The notes below the pieces were generated by a model, which saw only the letters and a program-made list of their open reading frames with translations, searched no databases and was not told the origin of the DNA. Shown here piece by piece: positions 27,001-36,014 of a DNA stretch of 64,000 bases. The stretch's first letter is position 1, and the number at the start of each line of letters is the position of its first letter. The translations under genes were made by a program, and so were the position numbers. Source of the stretch: a virus; the IMG/VR virus record IMGVR_UViG_3300021405_000009, positions 1-64,000 of that record. One strand, written 5' to 3'.

Positions 27001-29760
27001 CCCAAAAGTAAAGTTGCCCGATCCCGCTCCGGTGCCGACCGTGCTGCCTGCGGCAAAGGTCGCGGTGCCAACCGAGCTGTCGGTCCAGCCGCTGGCCATG
27101 CCGATCGCGGTAAGCGTCTGGGGGGTGACCACCGAAACAACGCCTGTATAAAGGATGGCGGGCGCAACGCAGGTTCCGCTTCCATTGGAAGCTGGAGTCG
27201 CTCCGTCCGTCCGGTAGCAGATCGCGAGCGACTGCGCCTGCGAGATGGTTACCGTCTGAGGCGGAAAACCGCCTACAGGAGAGAATGTCGGCGCAGCTCC
27301 CTGCAGGGTGTAGACATAAGTGTTGACAACGCTGTCGGTGTTGATGTTCGTGCCAGCGATAATCTTGAGGGTCGTGTTGACCGCAATCGAAACCGTCGCG
27401 CCGCTGGTAAGCGAAGTGCCGGTCGTGCAGCCCGTGCCCAGCGTGTTGGTCGCTGGCGTCGATCCGTTCGTGGTGTAGCACTGCACCGTCGTACCTGAGT
27501 TCGGGTTAGTGCAGGCGGGAGTCTGGGTAGCCGTATAGGTGCCAGTCCCTGGTGAGCAAGTCGAGGCCGAGGCCGCAGTCGAGCTAACGATGAAAGTCGC
27601 CGTAGCCGCAGTGCTGGTATCGGTGATGGTCAGCGTGCCTGCGATGGTGCCAACTGTGAGCACGGCAGATGCGGTGGTGTTTGAAGTTACAGTCGGAGTA
27701 GCCAGGCTGGCCCCGGTTCCGCCGCTCAATGAGAACAGCGTGCTAGCCGTCTCAGAAAGCCATAGGCAAGGGCCGGTGCAGGTCAGCGCCAAGGTCGGCG
27801 TCGTGCCGCGATTTCCCAGGGTAGGGAAGATGCCGAGCGTTGCCGTCGAGACTGTGATCGTAGTGGTGATCGAGTCTGTAGTGTCGGTAATGGTCAGTGT
27901 GCCGGTGCCAGAGCCGGTCGTGATCTGCAGTGTCTCTGAAGTCGCAGAAGAGTTCGACTTACTGGCCAGCGTAGCTCCGGTCACGCCAGAGATACTGAAA
28001 GCCGTGCTGCCGGTCCACGCCGTGTTAACCCCAGTGCAGAGCACCGCGATGTTATTGGTGTGATGCGAGGGGATGGTCGTGGGCGTACAGGTGAAGCTGG
28101 CGGGGGCTGTGTTGAACTCGTAAGATCCGGAGTCCCACGCTCCGCTGCCGGGGCGGGCATTGATGGTGGTGGACGGATAAGTTGCGATGAAGCCGCCCCA
28201 TGACGAGGACTCGCTCACACCACCGAGACTTGAACACAGGTCATTGGTGATCCCCCCAGTCCCGCAAGTGGAGGTTATATTATTGCCCTTGCCAACCGTG
28301 CTGTCAGTGCCGGATGTTGGCTGCCAGAAATTGGCGATGGTGTACCCGCCAGTCGCGGAGAAAATTTCACCACCATTGTCCGTGGTCGAGCAGACGTTGT
28401 GCGGCGTCACCGCTCCTGTGTTGCAGTTGAAGAAAGAGCTACCGCTGAACACGCCGCTACGGCCAGTGAGTTGGTTGTTCTCAGCGGTGATGGAAGATCC
28501 GCTGGCCCACGTGCTTAGGTGTGCGGTCATCCCGCAAGTGCCATCGGTGGAGTTGTTCAAGAAAGTCACGGTGATGACCGTGAAGCTATTGTTTCCGGTC
28601 GGCTCCAACAGGAAGCAGTTTCCATCCGTGGGAGGCTCGTGCTGGTCATTCACGACGACGTTGTTATAGATGTACATCGTCGGGGCGGCGGGATTCCACA
28701 TCTCGCCTTCATTCACGTTCGCGACGATATTGTTGTAGGCGGTGAATGTGCCGGTACTCTGCGACAGGGTCTCGATCACGTTTCCGTGACGGCCGTATCC
28801 AGGCTCAAAGATGAAGTCGAAGAAGTTGTCGTGGAGTAGAACGATACTGCCAGCTTCACAGCCTTGCGACGTGTGGATGAAGATACTATAGGCGAGAGTC
28901 GCACAATCGTCCATCGCCCAGAATGTCGCTGGGATTGGCGACGGAGTTCCGCTGCCGTTCCAGACCGAGGCTACGCAGCTTGAGACCGTGCAGACCTGGC
29001 TGGCGGTCGAGTCGGTGCCATCAAAGACATCGTAGTAATAAATGTTAGTGGTGCCGCCGCCGCCGTTAACGCCGCGCCAAGTGTCGTCCGAGGCGCTGGT
29101 ACCGGCCGTCCATCCGTGAAAATAGCTTCGCAGTACACCGCCGCTTGTGCCGGAGTTCACATAAGCGCCAGAAGGGTTTCCATTCCAGCAAGCTCCCGTA
29201 AACTCGATTCCATCAACGAAAATGTTCGTTCGACTGGACCAATCGAACAGCTTTAGCGTGTTGTCATCCGCCGCGCTGCAACTGGCCACAAAGGACGTGG
29301 ACAGTGTGTTGTCCATCGATAGGATTGGACGCGCGAACGACCCACCAGAAAACCATGTCGGGTCGATCGTGTAGTAGATCGGATTCGTGCCGTTGCCACT
29401 GGCCGTCGGCGTAATCGTCCCGCCAGTTGCAGGCGTCCCAGTGGTGTAGTGCCAGGTATCGCCGCCGCGAAAGATGAACGCGTCTCCGGCGATCGTGGTG
29501 TGGGTTCCAGTGAAACTGGACATGCCAGGAGCGTGGAGCCAGGAGTGGGTTTCGTCTACGCCGGTGTTTGAATCAAGCCCGCTGGAGCTGATGTAAAAGC
29601 ACTGCAGAATGCCCTGGCTAGCCAGCGTGGAGCTGCCAGAGTTGCCGCCAGTTCCTGGGCTCGACAGGTTGACATAGTTCGATCCGGACGGACAAGTGCC
29701 ACCCCATGCAGACAAGCTGATGGCGAAGAAACAGAAGAAGTAGAGAAGTTTCCTTACCAT
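24007..29760 (-). CDS. 1917-aa secreted beta-helix/Ig-like adhesin or tailspike-like protein
   Basis: Signal peptide MVRKLLYFFCFFAISLSAWG; N-terminal beta-helix, chitobiase/FN3-like APTFSP..YxTDGxTP domains, second beta-helix; many Cys pairs. Confidence 0.7.
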   Translation of the reverse strand: MVRKLLYFFCFFAISLSAWGGTCPSGSNYVNLSSPGTGGNSGSSTLASQGILQCFYISSSGLDSNTGVDETHSWLHAPGMSSFTGTHTTIAGDAFIFRGGDTWHYTTGTPATGGTITPTASGNGTNPIYYTIDPTWFSGGSFARPILSMDNTLSTSFVASCSAADDNTLKLFDWSSRTNIFVDGIEFTGACWNGNPSGAYVNSGTSGGVLRSYFHGWTAGTSASDDTWRGVNGGGGTTNIYYYDVFDGTDSTASQVCTVSSCVASVWNGSGTPSPIPATFWAMDDCATLAYSIFIHTSQGCEAGSIVLLHDNFFDFIFEPGYGRHGNVIETLSQSTGTFTAYNNIVANVNEGEMWNPAAPTMYIYNNVVVNDQHEPPTDGNCFLLEPTGNNSFTVITVTFLNNSTDGTCGMTAHLSTWASGSSITAENNQLTGRSGVFSGSSFFNCNTGAVTPHNVCSTTDNGGEIFSATGGYTIANFWQPTSGTDSTVGKGNNITSTCGTGGITNDLCSSLGGVSESSSWGGFIATYPSTTINARPGSGAWDSGSYEFNTAPASFTCTPTTIPSHHTNNIAVLCTGVNTAWTGSTAFSISGVTGATLASKSNSSATSETLQITTGSGTGTLTITDTTDSITTTITVSTATLGIFPTLGNRGTTPTLALTCTGPCLWLSETASTLFSLSGGTGASLATPTVTSNTTASAVLTVGTIAGTLTITDTSTAATATFIVSSTAASASTCSPGTGTYTATQTPACTNPNSGTTVQCYTTNGSTPATNTLGTGCTTGTSLTSGATVSIAVNTTLKIIAGTNINTDSVVNTYVYTLQGAAPTFSPVGGFPPQTVTISQAQSLAICYRTDGATPASNGSGTCVAPAILYTGVVSVVTPQTLTAIGMASGWTDSSVGTATFAAGSTVGTGAGSGNFTFGFSTVTPTLNVTPAGTGTTTINPGGIVCPPTCTPSFANGTVVTLTQTASLPYVNAGFSSPPCTLTVDNNLPCSLTLRVNTAVTSTFQAPQLPLTWVNNTEYNGTTTNTINFPASSTGGSWTCGATNYGPYTAASQSSLQQAVNDAESCRTANGSGTTIAIPPALYTGANGITLPQTAGDTSTNFIVLTSTSPLTPGQTACSHGVEDNIVLATQPGIRNLGCTGANMSYQLGTTINAVSSGAFTLANGTATNTSAYNDIASMYTIECTANSCNAIQSATWDINNVGPHHFAVLNAELRPQAGLVGSSAPFAMGQNTETIQTQLPTHIHLAYSYLHGDWTDAPMSGCPSTCIATGAPTGANSLPSLVAFNGCVYCSVVYVYMDKAIRPGSEGHAISALLAQQTKYTHNWVEGQAIGKLCGGFSNAISFTNFVTCQDEEDRANRYTYPYSWMLAENVPIIRQISKNGSAGTGSGYLVNDVITVVQTGGSSGTGTITAVGAGGTITAVTVTTAGTGYFPANGLSVTGGSGTSGTVNIGTGYFPNASVTNGYTRKNAHEYKFGERVLEDGNIYENVTNAGAQNGTDFSHKTAQTSSGVLSTNTWTTLDNVTVTNIVARNSCNGPSLGDRSDAGGGNGGGVSLPNEIFFGSNWLVYNASVFFLGNPNSNLTSNSCAGATPQYGWRIGSSVPGNTWAVAPLRDPTGFVTTLTLTAASGLGVSDIAVGDPITVTGCSDTSFNVGNNVMGPPALTGTLLNGLTVVYSNPGVGGAGSGVTGCTLSSAQGWPNYYAFSHITMIDDPLSQNNPSNSANGGTNIFPLARNFTITNSILINGGLSSTAGAGTRTSTRMYDPVSMQFNNTLLPSVDGSVTCPGHGSPSAGGMAACYTEYTPAYVAVTPATLYGVPASFCSGNDPATGNCAGVLAAMSAASFPIIVSDWTQYRLCKSTDASCNSKASLYAAGSAHQATDGTDLGFNPTSTLAAEVLNQYVCATPCGSPGPFADH

Positions 29761-30254
29761 AGGTTCTTGTGCTCGGTCCAGTTCTTCAGGTAGACGCCGT
29801 GGCGGATCAGCGCGGAGGCTGGGGGCTTAAAGGCAGACATCGCCAATGGCGCGGTTACGCCCGGTTGAAATAAGTCAGAGTGCCCGTGGTAGGGCTTGAA
29901 TAGATCGGGGTGGCCGTAGTAAGTACACTTCACAGGCTCGTGGGTGCAGACCCTTGCGCCGACTCCGAATGAAACACCGTTGCCATCCATCCAGCAGTAG
30001 GACGTGATGTGCCTCTGGGCAACATCGGAGACGACCGCGTAATGGTCACAGCCGACGATGATCTTGCCGTCGATCTTGAGAGCTGCCACCCATCCAGGTG
30101 CGTCGTCCATAGGGCCGCTCATGTAGGGCTTGTAGGGAAGACTTCCCCAGTGAGCTACCTGCTCGAAGCCTTGCGGGTTCGACCTCGACCACTGCACATA
30201 GATCCGTGCGGTCTGGGCGGGGGCCATGGCGAGAAAGAGCCATAGACAGGCCAC
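29754..30254 (-). CDS. Hypothetical (probably secreted) protein; start uncertain
   Basis: Frame open to 30791, but the upstream part is antisense to the methyltransferase; hydrophobic LVACLWLFLAMAPAQ segment; stop overlaps next gene start. Confidence 0.5.
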   Translation of the reverse strand: MACLWLFLAMAPAQTARIYVQWSRSNPQGFEQVAHWGSLPYKPYMSGPMDDAPGWVAALKIDGKIIVGCDHYAVVSDVAQRHITSYCWMDGNGVSFGVGARVCTHEPVKCTYYGHPDLFKPYHGHSDLFQPGVTAPLAMSAFKPPASALIRHGVYLKNWTEHKNLW

Positions 30255-30278
30255 TAAAGCTGTAGTAAGGTTCCGGGT

Positions 30279-30872
30279 ATGTTTAGAAAACTGTGCGATG
30301 AGTTCTTTCCTCGGCCAGATCTTTTTGATCGCCAACATGGCACTAAGACATCTGGTCATTCTTGTCTTCCGTGGACCCGCGTTCTTCATGGCAAACGGGA
30401 CGAGACTTGCCGGTATCAGGGCATCGATCCCGCGCTGTTCTCCGCCGCCGTGAAGGACCTGCCGCGCTGGCCGTTTATTGATCTCGGTTGCGGCCGTGGG
30501 CGCGCTCTGATCCTGGCGCAGGAGGCTGGATTCACTGATCTGGCTGGCGTTGAATTCTCTCCAGCGCTTTGCCGCTGTACTCGCGCGAACCTGGCCAAGA
30601 CCAACACCGACGCCAAGATCATCTGCGGAGACGCGCGCGACTATGCGTTTCCCGCTAACCCGTCCGTGGTCTTCATGTACAACCCGTTCGGTGAGTCCAT
30701 CATGCGAACGGTTTTTGCTAACATGCAGGGGCATCCGCGCATCGTCGTGTATGTCAACCCGAAGCAGGCGCATGTATTTCGTCCATTCCATGTTCTGCGT
30801 TCCGACGAGAACACTGTGATCTTCAGCGATAGCGATAAAGGCGGGGACTTAGAGGGCGGTGGTCTTGGGTAA
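30279..30872 (+). CDS. Class I SAM-dependent methyltransferase
   Basis: FIDLGCGRGR motif I, GVEFS motif II, GDARDY, FMYNPF. Confidence 0.85.
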   Translation: MFRKLCDEFFPRPDLFDRQHGTKTSGHSCLPWTRVLHGKRDETCRYQGIDPALFSAAVKDLPRWPFIDLGCGRGRALILAQEAGFTDLAGVEFSPALCRCTRANLAKTNTDAKIICGDARDYAFPANPSVVFMYNPFGESIMRTVFANMQGHPRIVVYVNPKQAHVFRPFHVLRSDENTVIFSDSDKGGDLEGGGLG

Positions 30873-31604
30873 GACGGTGGTCTTCGGCACTATGGTGGTT
30901 GCTGGCAGGGCCGAACCGGCAAAGAACGATATGGTGTAACCGGTAATCGCCATGCCGGTGGTGATGTTTAATACTGGGGTGTAAGTGGTGGCCGCGCCAA
31001 CCGTCTGGTACTCAACCGCGCCACTCTGGTTACCACCACTGGCTTGCCCGTTGGTTGAGATCGTGTAACCAGTGCCGTTCGTGAAGGTGTTGTTAGTCGC
31101 GCCATTCCCGCCCGATGTAAGCACAAGATCCCCGGTCTGCGTCGTGGTAATTGCAGGCATGGTGCAGGCCGTACAACTGGCGATGGAGTTGTTAAAGGCC
31201 CCGACATCGAAGGCGGCCGATGTTGCCACCCCCGAAAATTCCTGCCCCATACAAACGCAGAAGGTAGTCCCGCCCGTGAAGGTCACAGTCGTTGTCACCG
31301 TTCCCCCCGCGATGTTCGTGGCGTAACAATAGAACACGGCGTTCGCGGCGTGGAGCGTGGTGTAGGTATTCGTGCCGTCCGTGCAGGCAACTGTGACCGC
31401 GCCGCTGCTGCTGTTATATTCCGCGCCAACAATCACCAGTAGGTCGCCTGCCGTCGTAGTACCACAGGACACCGTGAGCGAGGCCACGTTACTGGACTGA
31501 TTGTTCGGCGTGCAGTCTTTGCGGAAGGCGATCGCGGCGTGCGCGGAAGAGGTCGCGGCTAGAAAAGAAATTGCGAGTAGAAGTAGCCAGAGTAATTTCT
31601 TCAC
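30849..31604 (-). CDS. Secreted beta-sandwich protein (fibre-tip/lectin-like)
   Basis: Signal peptide KKLLWLLLLAISFLAATSSAHA; TTAGDLLVI and EFSGV motifs; C-terminal PKTT repeats. Confidence 0.65.
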   Translation of the reverse strand: MKKLLWLLLLAISFLAATSSAHAAIAFRKDCTPNNQSSNVASLTVSCGTTTAGDLLVIVGAEYNSSSGAVTVACTDGTNTYTTLHAANAVFYCYATNIAGGTVTTTVTFTGGTTFCVCMGQEFSGVATSAAFDVGAFNNSIASCTACTMPAITTTQTGDLVLTSGGNGATNNTFTNGTGYTISTNGQASGGNQSGAVEYQTVGAATTYTPVLNITTGMAITGYTISFFAGSALPATTIVPKTTVLPKTTAL

Positions 31605-34600
31605 TTACTGGAGCCTCGTTGCGACCGCGCTCAGGGCATAGGTGGCGGTGCCGGTATTGCATTGGGAGAACGTCGTTGCGTACTGGATGACTGTACCGTT
31701 GGTGTCGATGTTGATGTCACCGCTACCCCAGGCGTTAACTGTCGTTGCCCCCCAGAGCATGATGCCGCTGGTAGCGAAGGCCGCGATGCTGGAATTCGTG
31801 ATGATCGGTATCGTCTGCGCTGAGTGAGCCGTCCCATTCGCATCAGTCCAGGTGAGCGAGAAGAGAACGCCCCCGGTAGTGTTCGCGCTGCAGGCGGCCC
31901 CCGACTGGTAGAGAGCGATGTGAACGTGGTAGGTGCCAGCCGTGTTGCACGCCCCAGCCGAGGCCGCGCAAAGGGTTGCCGTTCCAACTGAGGCCACTAA
32001 GGCCGTGGAGCGAATCGCGCCTGGCTGAGCCCGGACCATGGTTCCATAACTGGTGCTGCCGTTGGTGGCAGCCTTCCATTCATGTGAAGTGCTGTCGGGG
32101 TAAAGGTTCGACGTGCCGGAAACGTTCGTTGCCGACGTGCCTTCTGTCGCGCACAAACCGCCAGCGGTGCCGAAGCTGGTGCAGTTGGCTGCGCCCAGCG
32201 TCATCGCGCCCGCCGCCGCCAGGTTGCCGGTGGCTCCGAAGCTGAACTCTTTCGTGGCTCCAGAAGTCGAGAACACGCCGCTGGTGAAAGTGCCGAGAGT
32301 GTAGAAGTCAGCCAGGTCGCCAGCCGCTACCGTCTCGTTGACAATCAAAGGAACCTGCCCGGTGCCGCCCGCGCCCGTGGTGTTGATGCCAAGAGAGCCG
32401 GTGGTCGTGGTGGTCGTGTTCGCGTTGGTGAAGACGTAAGGGTAAGTTAGGTTCGCCGTCTCGACGCCCGCGCGCGTGATCTCATGACCAATGCCGGTCT
32501 CGGTGACTGTGGTCTGCGCGGCCGACCCGGTTAGCAAGCTTTCTGCCAGGGTCACGCCCGCGAGAACTCCGCCAGCACTTAGTGTGGCAGTCGCGTCCGG
32601 AGTCTGCGATGCCTGAGAGCCGCCGCCCGTCATCAGCGCCGTTGAGGTCAAGGCCGCCGCGCTGGTGACGCAAGTCGCGCAAGCAATGGTGCCGGTCGTG
32701 GTAATGGTGCCGCCCGTGATCGGGCCGGTCGTCGCGATGGAGGTTACTCCACCGGCGCTGGCCGTCTGCGGATTTTGCAGTTGCCACTCCGTGCCGTCAT
32801 AGATGGCATCGGCGATCGCCGTGGTCGTAAGATCGTTGGCGACCAGCGCAGCCGTTCCAAGCTTGGTGACGCTCTTGGCCGTCAAGCCGTTGACCGCGAG
32901 GGTCGGACCTGAAGTCGTGTTAGCCGCCAGCGGAAGCCAGCGAACTTCTACGCCCGTGGTAAGAGCTGTCACGGCCGGAGTGAAGGTCGCGGTTTGCGCC
33001 TGCGCCGTGCCGCCGCCCGCCACATAAGCGTTCGGGCTAACGTCTGAAGTACCAATCAACACAGCCGCTGGCGCTGTGGTTGAGGCCGTGTTATTGCCCC
33101 AGAACTGATGAGCTGTGAAGTTACTAACTACGGTCGAGCTGGCGTTCAGAACACAGCCTTCATCGACCGTCTGAAACACAACGTCGAAGCAATGGTTGGC
33201 CGCGTTGGCGTACCAGCCGTCATCGCCGGAGATCCCGGTGAACGCCGTGCCTTCTACTGCAATCCCGCCGCCACCGGTGCCCACAGTCGGGTTCGGAGCG
33301 CTCGCGCCGACAAAGGTGGTGCCAGCTACGCCGACGCTGAATACAGAAGATCCGCCCACCTGCAGGTCAGCCAGTTTGCTTCCCGCGCCAGAGGCGGTGT
33401 TGGTCACGTTCTCGAAGATCCCAGCATCCACCACACCCGAGGTATTCCAGGTCGGAGTGACCTTGAGCGCCGGTACAGTCTGAGTTCCAGTGAGCGAGTC
33501 GGACACAGTCAGCGGAACGGCCGTCGATCCGGCTAGGGTCGCGATCAGTACTTCCTGGTCGCTGGTTCCGGTGGCTGCGGTGGTCTCGCCGAAGGTGAGG
33601 GCAACCTGTGAGTTTGTGGATGTAGCCGAGTTCAGCGCCCAGGTGTTGTTCCCGTTCGCCAGCGTGGTGTTTGAAACCAGCGCCGTCACCGCACTCAATG
33701 CTGGAGTGGTGGACGCGCAGCTTCCGCCGTTGCACTGGTCGGCGTTGACGTGACCGCCGCCGAAGGCTTGAAACACCCCAGCCGTGGTCATCTCCGCGCC
33801 GTTGGAAGTGCCGCCAGCGGTAATCAGGATGGGCAGCGCGGTCGATCCGCTCTTGGTGGAGATCCCTACTTCAATGTCTCCCGTGCCGGTGGCCGCCGTC
33901 CCTTCCGTGAACCCAACGGCGGTCTGCGTATTTGTGGTCGTCGCCGACTGCCAGATTTCGTTGAAGTTCCCGTTGTTGATGGTGGTGTTGACCGTAGACG
34001 CGGTCACCGCGCTGAGCGCGGGTGCGCCGGTTTGCGCCACACAATCGCTCGCTTGCGGAGTGAAAACAAAGTTCGCGGTGTTACAGCCGGTCAAACCTTG
34101 AACTAAGGTTGCCACGTTCGCGGCCGTCGCGGAGATGGGCTGCTTCGACGAGTTCGATCCCAGCACCAGCGCCGAGGACGGCACCGCTCCCAGATTGATC
34201 TCGTCTGCACTAACATGCCCCGTGCCGCTGGCCTTGAATACGCTGGCAGAGGTTAGTACCACGCCATCGGTAAGGTTGCTTCCAGAGTCCGGTACGCCAG
34301 CCGTGAAGATCGAGGTCGAGTTCGATTCGCACTTCTCGATGTCGAGATAGCCCGCGTTCGGGTTGGTCGCGAAAGTGGTATTTAGAGCTACCCAGCCGCA
34401 ATCGCTGATCTGTTTGATCGGTGCGGTCCAGGCCAACGCCGAGGTCGAACCTTCATAACTCGCGGCGTATGGGTTGGTAACATTGTTGACCGGAAAGAGA
34501 AGCGCCAAGGGCGGCTGTGAATACGAGCTGCCACTCTGACCACTCCAGGTCCACTGATCGAAAAATGCAGTCGGAATGCTGACCGTGCCGCTGCCCGTGG

Positions 34601-36014
34601 CCGCCGCAAAGCCGCTGCCGAAGGCTACGCTCGAAGTGCTCGAACAACCGAAGCTGATGGTGCTGTTGTTGTAGCTCAGCCCAGTCGCGCAGTTCGGAAC
34701 CGTCGCAGCCTTAAAGACGCCCGACGAAGCTCCAATCAGAAGTTGGCTGGCAGCGATCGCAGTGGCCGTACCCGCGCCCGCGCCCGGAACTGCGGCGATC
34801 TCGCCCCAGCCCGCGTTGGCCACGTCATCATAGAGATTGCCGTCGCCTGAAACCGCCATGCCAGAGTTGCCCGTCCCGGCTGCCGCTGGTGTGCCGCTGG
34901 CCGCGATCGGAACCGTCGTCATGTAATACGGGCCGGTGAGCGTGAACTTCGACGCCACGATCCCGCCAGACGGCGTGTAAGTCAGGGTCGAACTGTTGTC
35001 CGATAGGTTGGTATCAAACGCGCACAGGCCGGAAGAGTTGGTGTAAAGAAAATTGCCGATGGAGGCCGTGACCCATGTAAGGTTGGTCGCTCCGGAGTTC
35101 ACGCACGGTACCTGCCCGGCCGTTGGGGAGCCATCGTTCACCTGGCTCAAGCTGACTGGGTTCGCGCCCACGAAGGCGTCGGTGGCAACGTCGGCCGAGG
35201 TATCTCCAGGCGTCTGCGTTACCGCCTGCGTGCCGGTGGCCAGGGTCGAGCTGACTGACCATGTGCCGGTGCTAACCTGCGCTACGCCGTTGGACGCGGA
35301 AGTACTGATTCCCGTCCCGCCAATCGCAGTGCCGATCGTGACCAGGCCGCTGTTCGGAATCGAGCCGTTGGTAATGTGCGAGCCATTCACGACAGTAGGA
35401 GCCGTCGCGCTGCCGCCCAGGTCGGTGTTTAGCTCGATCAATCCGAGCGTGCCCACGGCCGCGCTGGCCACGTTGAACTGGACGTTTGAACCCGATGGGT
35501 TGGTGGCTGTAGTGTTCGTGCCACTCTGAAAGTTAATGGGCGACAGAAGCGACGAGCCGCCGTTCACAGTGATAGCCGTGCTGCTGCAAGGGATCGCGCC
35601 CAGGACGCCGCCCGAGGAGAAACCAAAACAAGGCGTCGTCAAGGTGGGGGCGGTGCCAAAGGTGAAGGGCGATCCGCTGATGGTAAGGCCAAGTACAGTC
35701 GCGGCGTTCGAGCCCGAAGTCGTAACCTGCCCGCTCAGCTCTGAGGCTGCAGGCGTGGTGCCGTCGCGCAAGATGCCGGTCCCGGCGCTGGTCGAGTTCA
35801 ACCCGCCGTTGGCGCGCGTGACTGGCGAGGTTAGGTTCACCGTGACCGTGCCGGTCGTACCACCGCCACTTAGCCCCGTGCCCGCCGTAACTCCAGTGAT
35901 CGTGCCACTGCCGCCGCTGCCGCCACCCCGCCCGGTGTAACTCGGGGCCTGGCCAAACAGCATTGCCGCAGATAGCAGCCATAAGGCTGCGAGGAAGCTT
36001 AGTTTCCTGACCAT
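31605..36014 (-). CDS. 1469-aa fibre-like protein with signal peptide
   Basis: Signal peptide MVRKLSFLAALWLLSAAMLFG; phage fibre repeats GTITGVTAGTGLSGGGTTG and VTSIATTGPITGGTITTTGTI; internal PALSAVTA duplication. Confidence 0.7.
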   Translation of the reverse strand: MVRKLSFLAALWLLSAAMLFGQAPSYTGRGGGSGGSGTITGVTAGTGLSGGGTTGTVTVNLTSPVTRANGGLNSTSAGTGILRDGTTPAASELSGQVTTSGSNAATVLGLTISGSPFTFGTAPTLTTPCFGFSSGGVLGAIPCSSTAITVNGGSSLLSPINFQSGTNTTATNPSGSNVQFNVASAAVGTLGLIELNTDLGGSATAPTVVNGSHITNGSIPNSGLVTIGTAIGGTGISTSASNGVAQVSTGTWSVSSTLATGTQAVTQTPGDTSADVATDAFVGANPVSLSQVNDGSPTAGQVPCVNSGATNLTWVTASIGNFLYTNSSGLCAFDTNLSDNSSTLTYTPSGGIVASKFTLTGPYYMTTVPIAASGTPAAAGTGNSGMAVSGDGNLYDDVANAGWGEIAAVPGAGAGTATAIAASQLLIGASSGVFKAATVPNCATGLSYNNSTISFGCSSTSSVAFGSGFAAATGSGTVSIPTAFFDQWTWSGQSGSSYSQPPLALLFPVNNVTNPYAASYEGSTSALAWTAPIKQISDCGWVALNTTFATNPNAGYLDIEKCESNSTSIFTAGVPDSGSNLTDGVVLTSASVFKASGTGHVSADEINLGAVPSSALVLGSNSSKQPISATAANVATLVQGLTGCNTANFVFTPQASDCVAQTGAPALSAVTASTVNTTINNGNFNEIWQSATTTNTQTAVGFTEGTAATGTGDIEVGISTKSGSTALPILITAGGTSNGAEMTTAGVFQAFGGGHVNADQCNGGSCASTTPALSAVTALVSNTTLANGNNTWALNSATSTNSQVALTFGETTAATGTSDQEVLIATLAGSTAVPLTVSDSLTGTQTVPALKVTPTWNTSGVVDAGIFENVTNTASGAGSKLADLQVGGSSVFSVGVAGTTFVGASAPNPTVGTGGGGIAVEGTAFTGISGDDGWYANAANHCFDVVFQTVDEGCVLNASSTVVSNFTAHQFWGNNTASTTAPAAVLIGTSDVSPNAYVAGGGTAQAQTATFTPAVTALTTGVEVRWLPLAANTTSGPTLAVNGLTAKSVTKLGTAALVANDLTTTAIADAIYDGTEWQLQNPQTASAGGVTSIATTGPITGGTITTTGTIACATCVTSAAALTSTALMTGGGSQASQTPDATATLSAGGVLAGVTLAESLLTGSAAQTTVTETGIGHEITRAGVETANLTYPYVFTNANTTTTTTGSLGINTTGAGGTGQVPLIVNETVAAGDLADFYTLGTFTSGVFSTSGATKEFSFGATGNLAAAGAMTLGAANCTSFGTAGGLCATEGTSATNVSGTSNLYPDSTSHEWKAATNGSTSYGTMVRAQPGAIRSTALVASVGTATLCAASAGACNTAGTYHVHIALYQSGAACSANTTGGVLFSLTWTDANGTAHSAQTIPIITNSSIAAFATSGIMLWGATTVNAWGSGDINIDTNGTVIQYATTFSQCNTGTATYALSAVATRLQ

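Noticed and set aside
2833-36014. Diversity-generating retroelement targeting fibre genes
   Set aside because: No reverse transcriptase and no adenine-specific TR/VR pair seen; the repeats found are ordinary internal protein duplications
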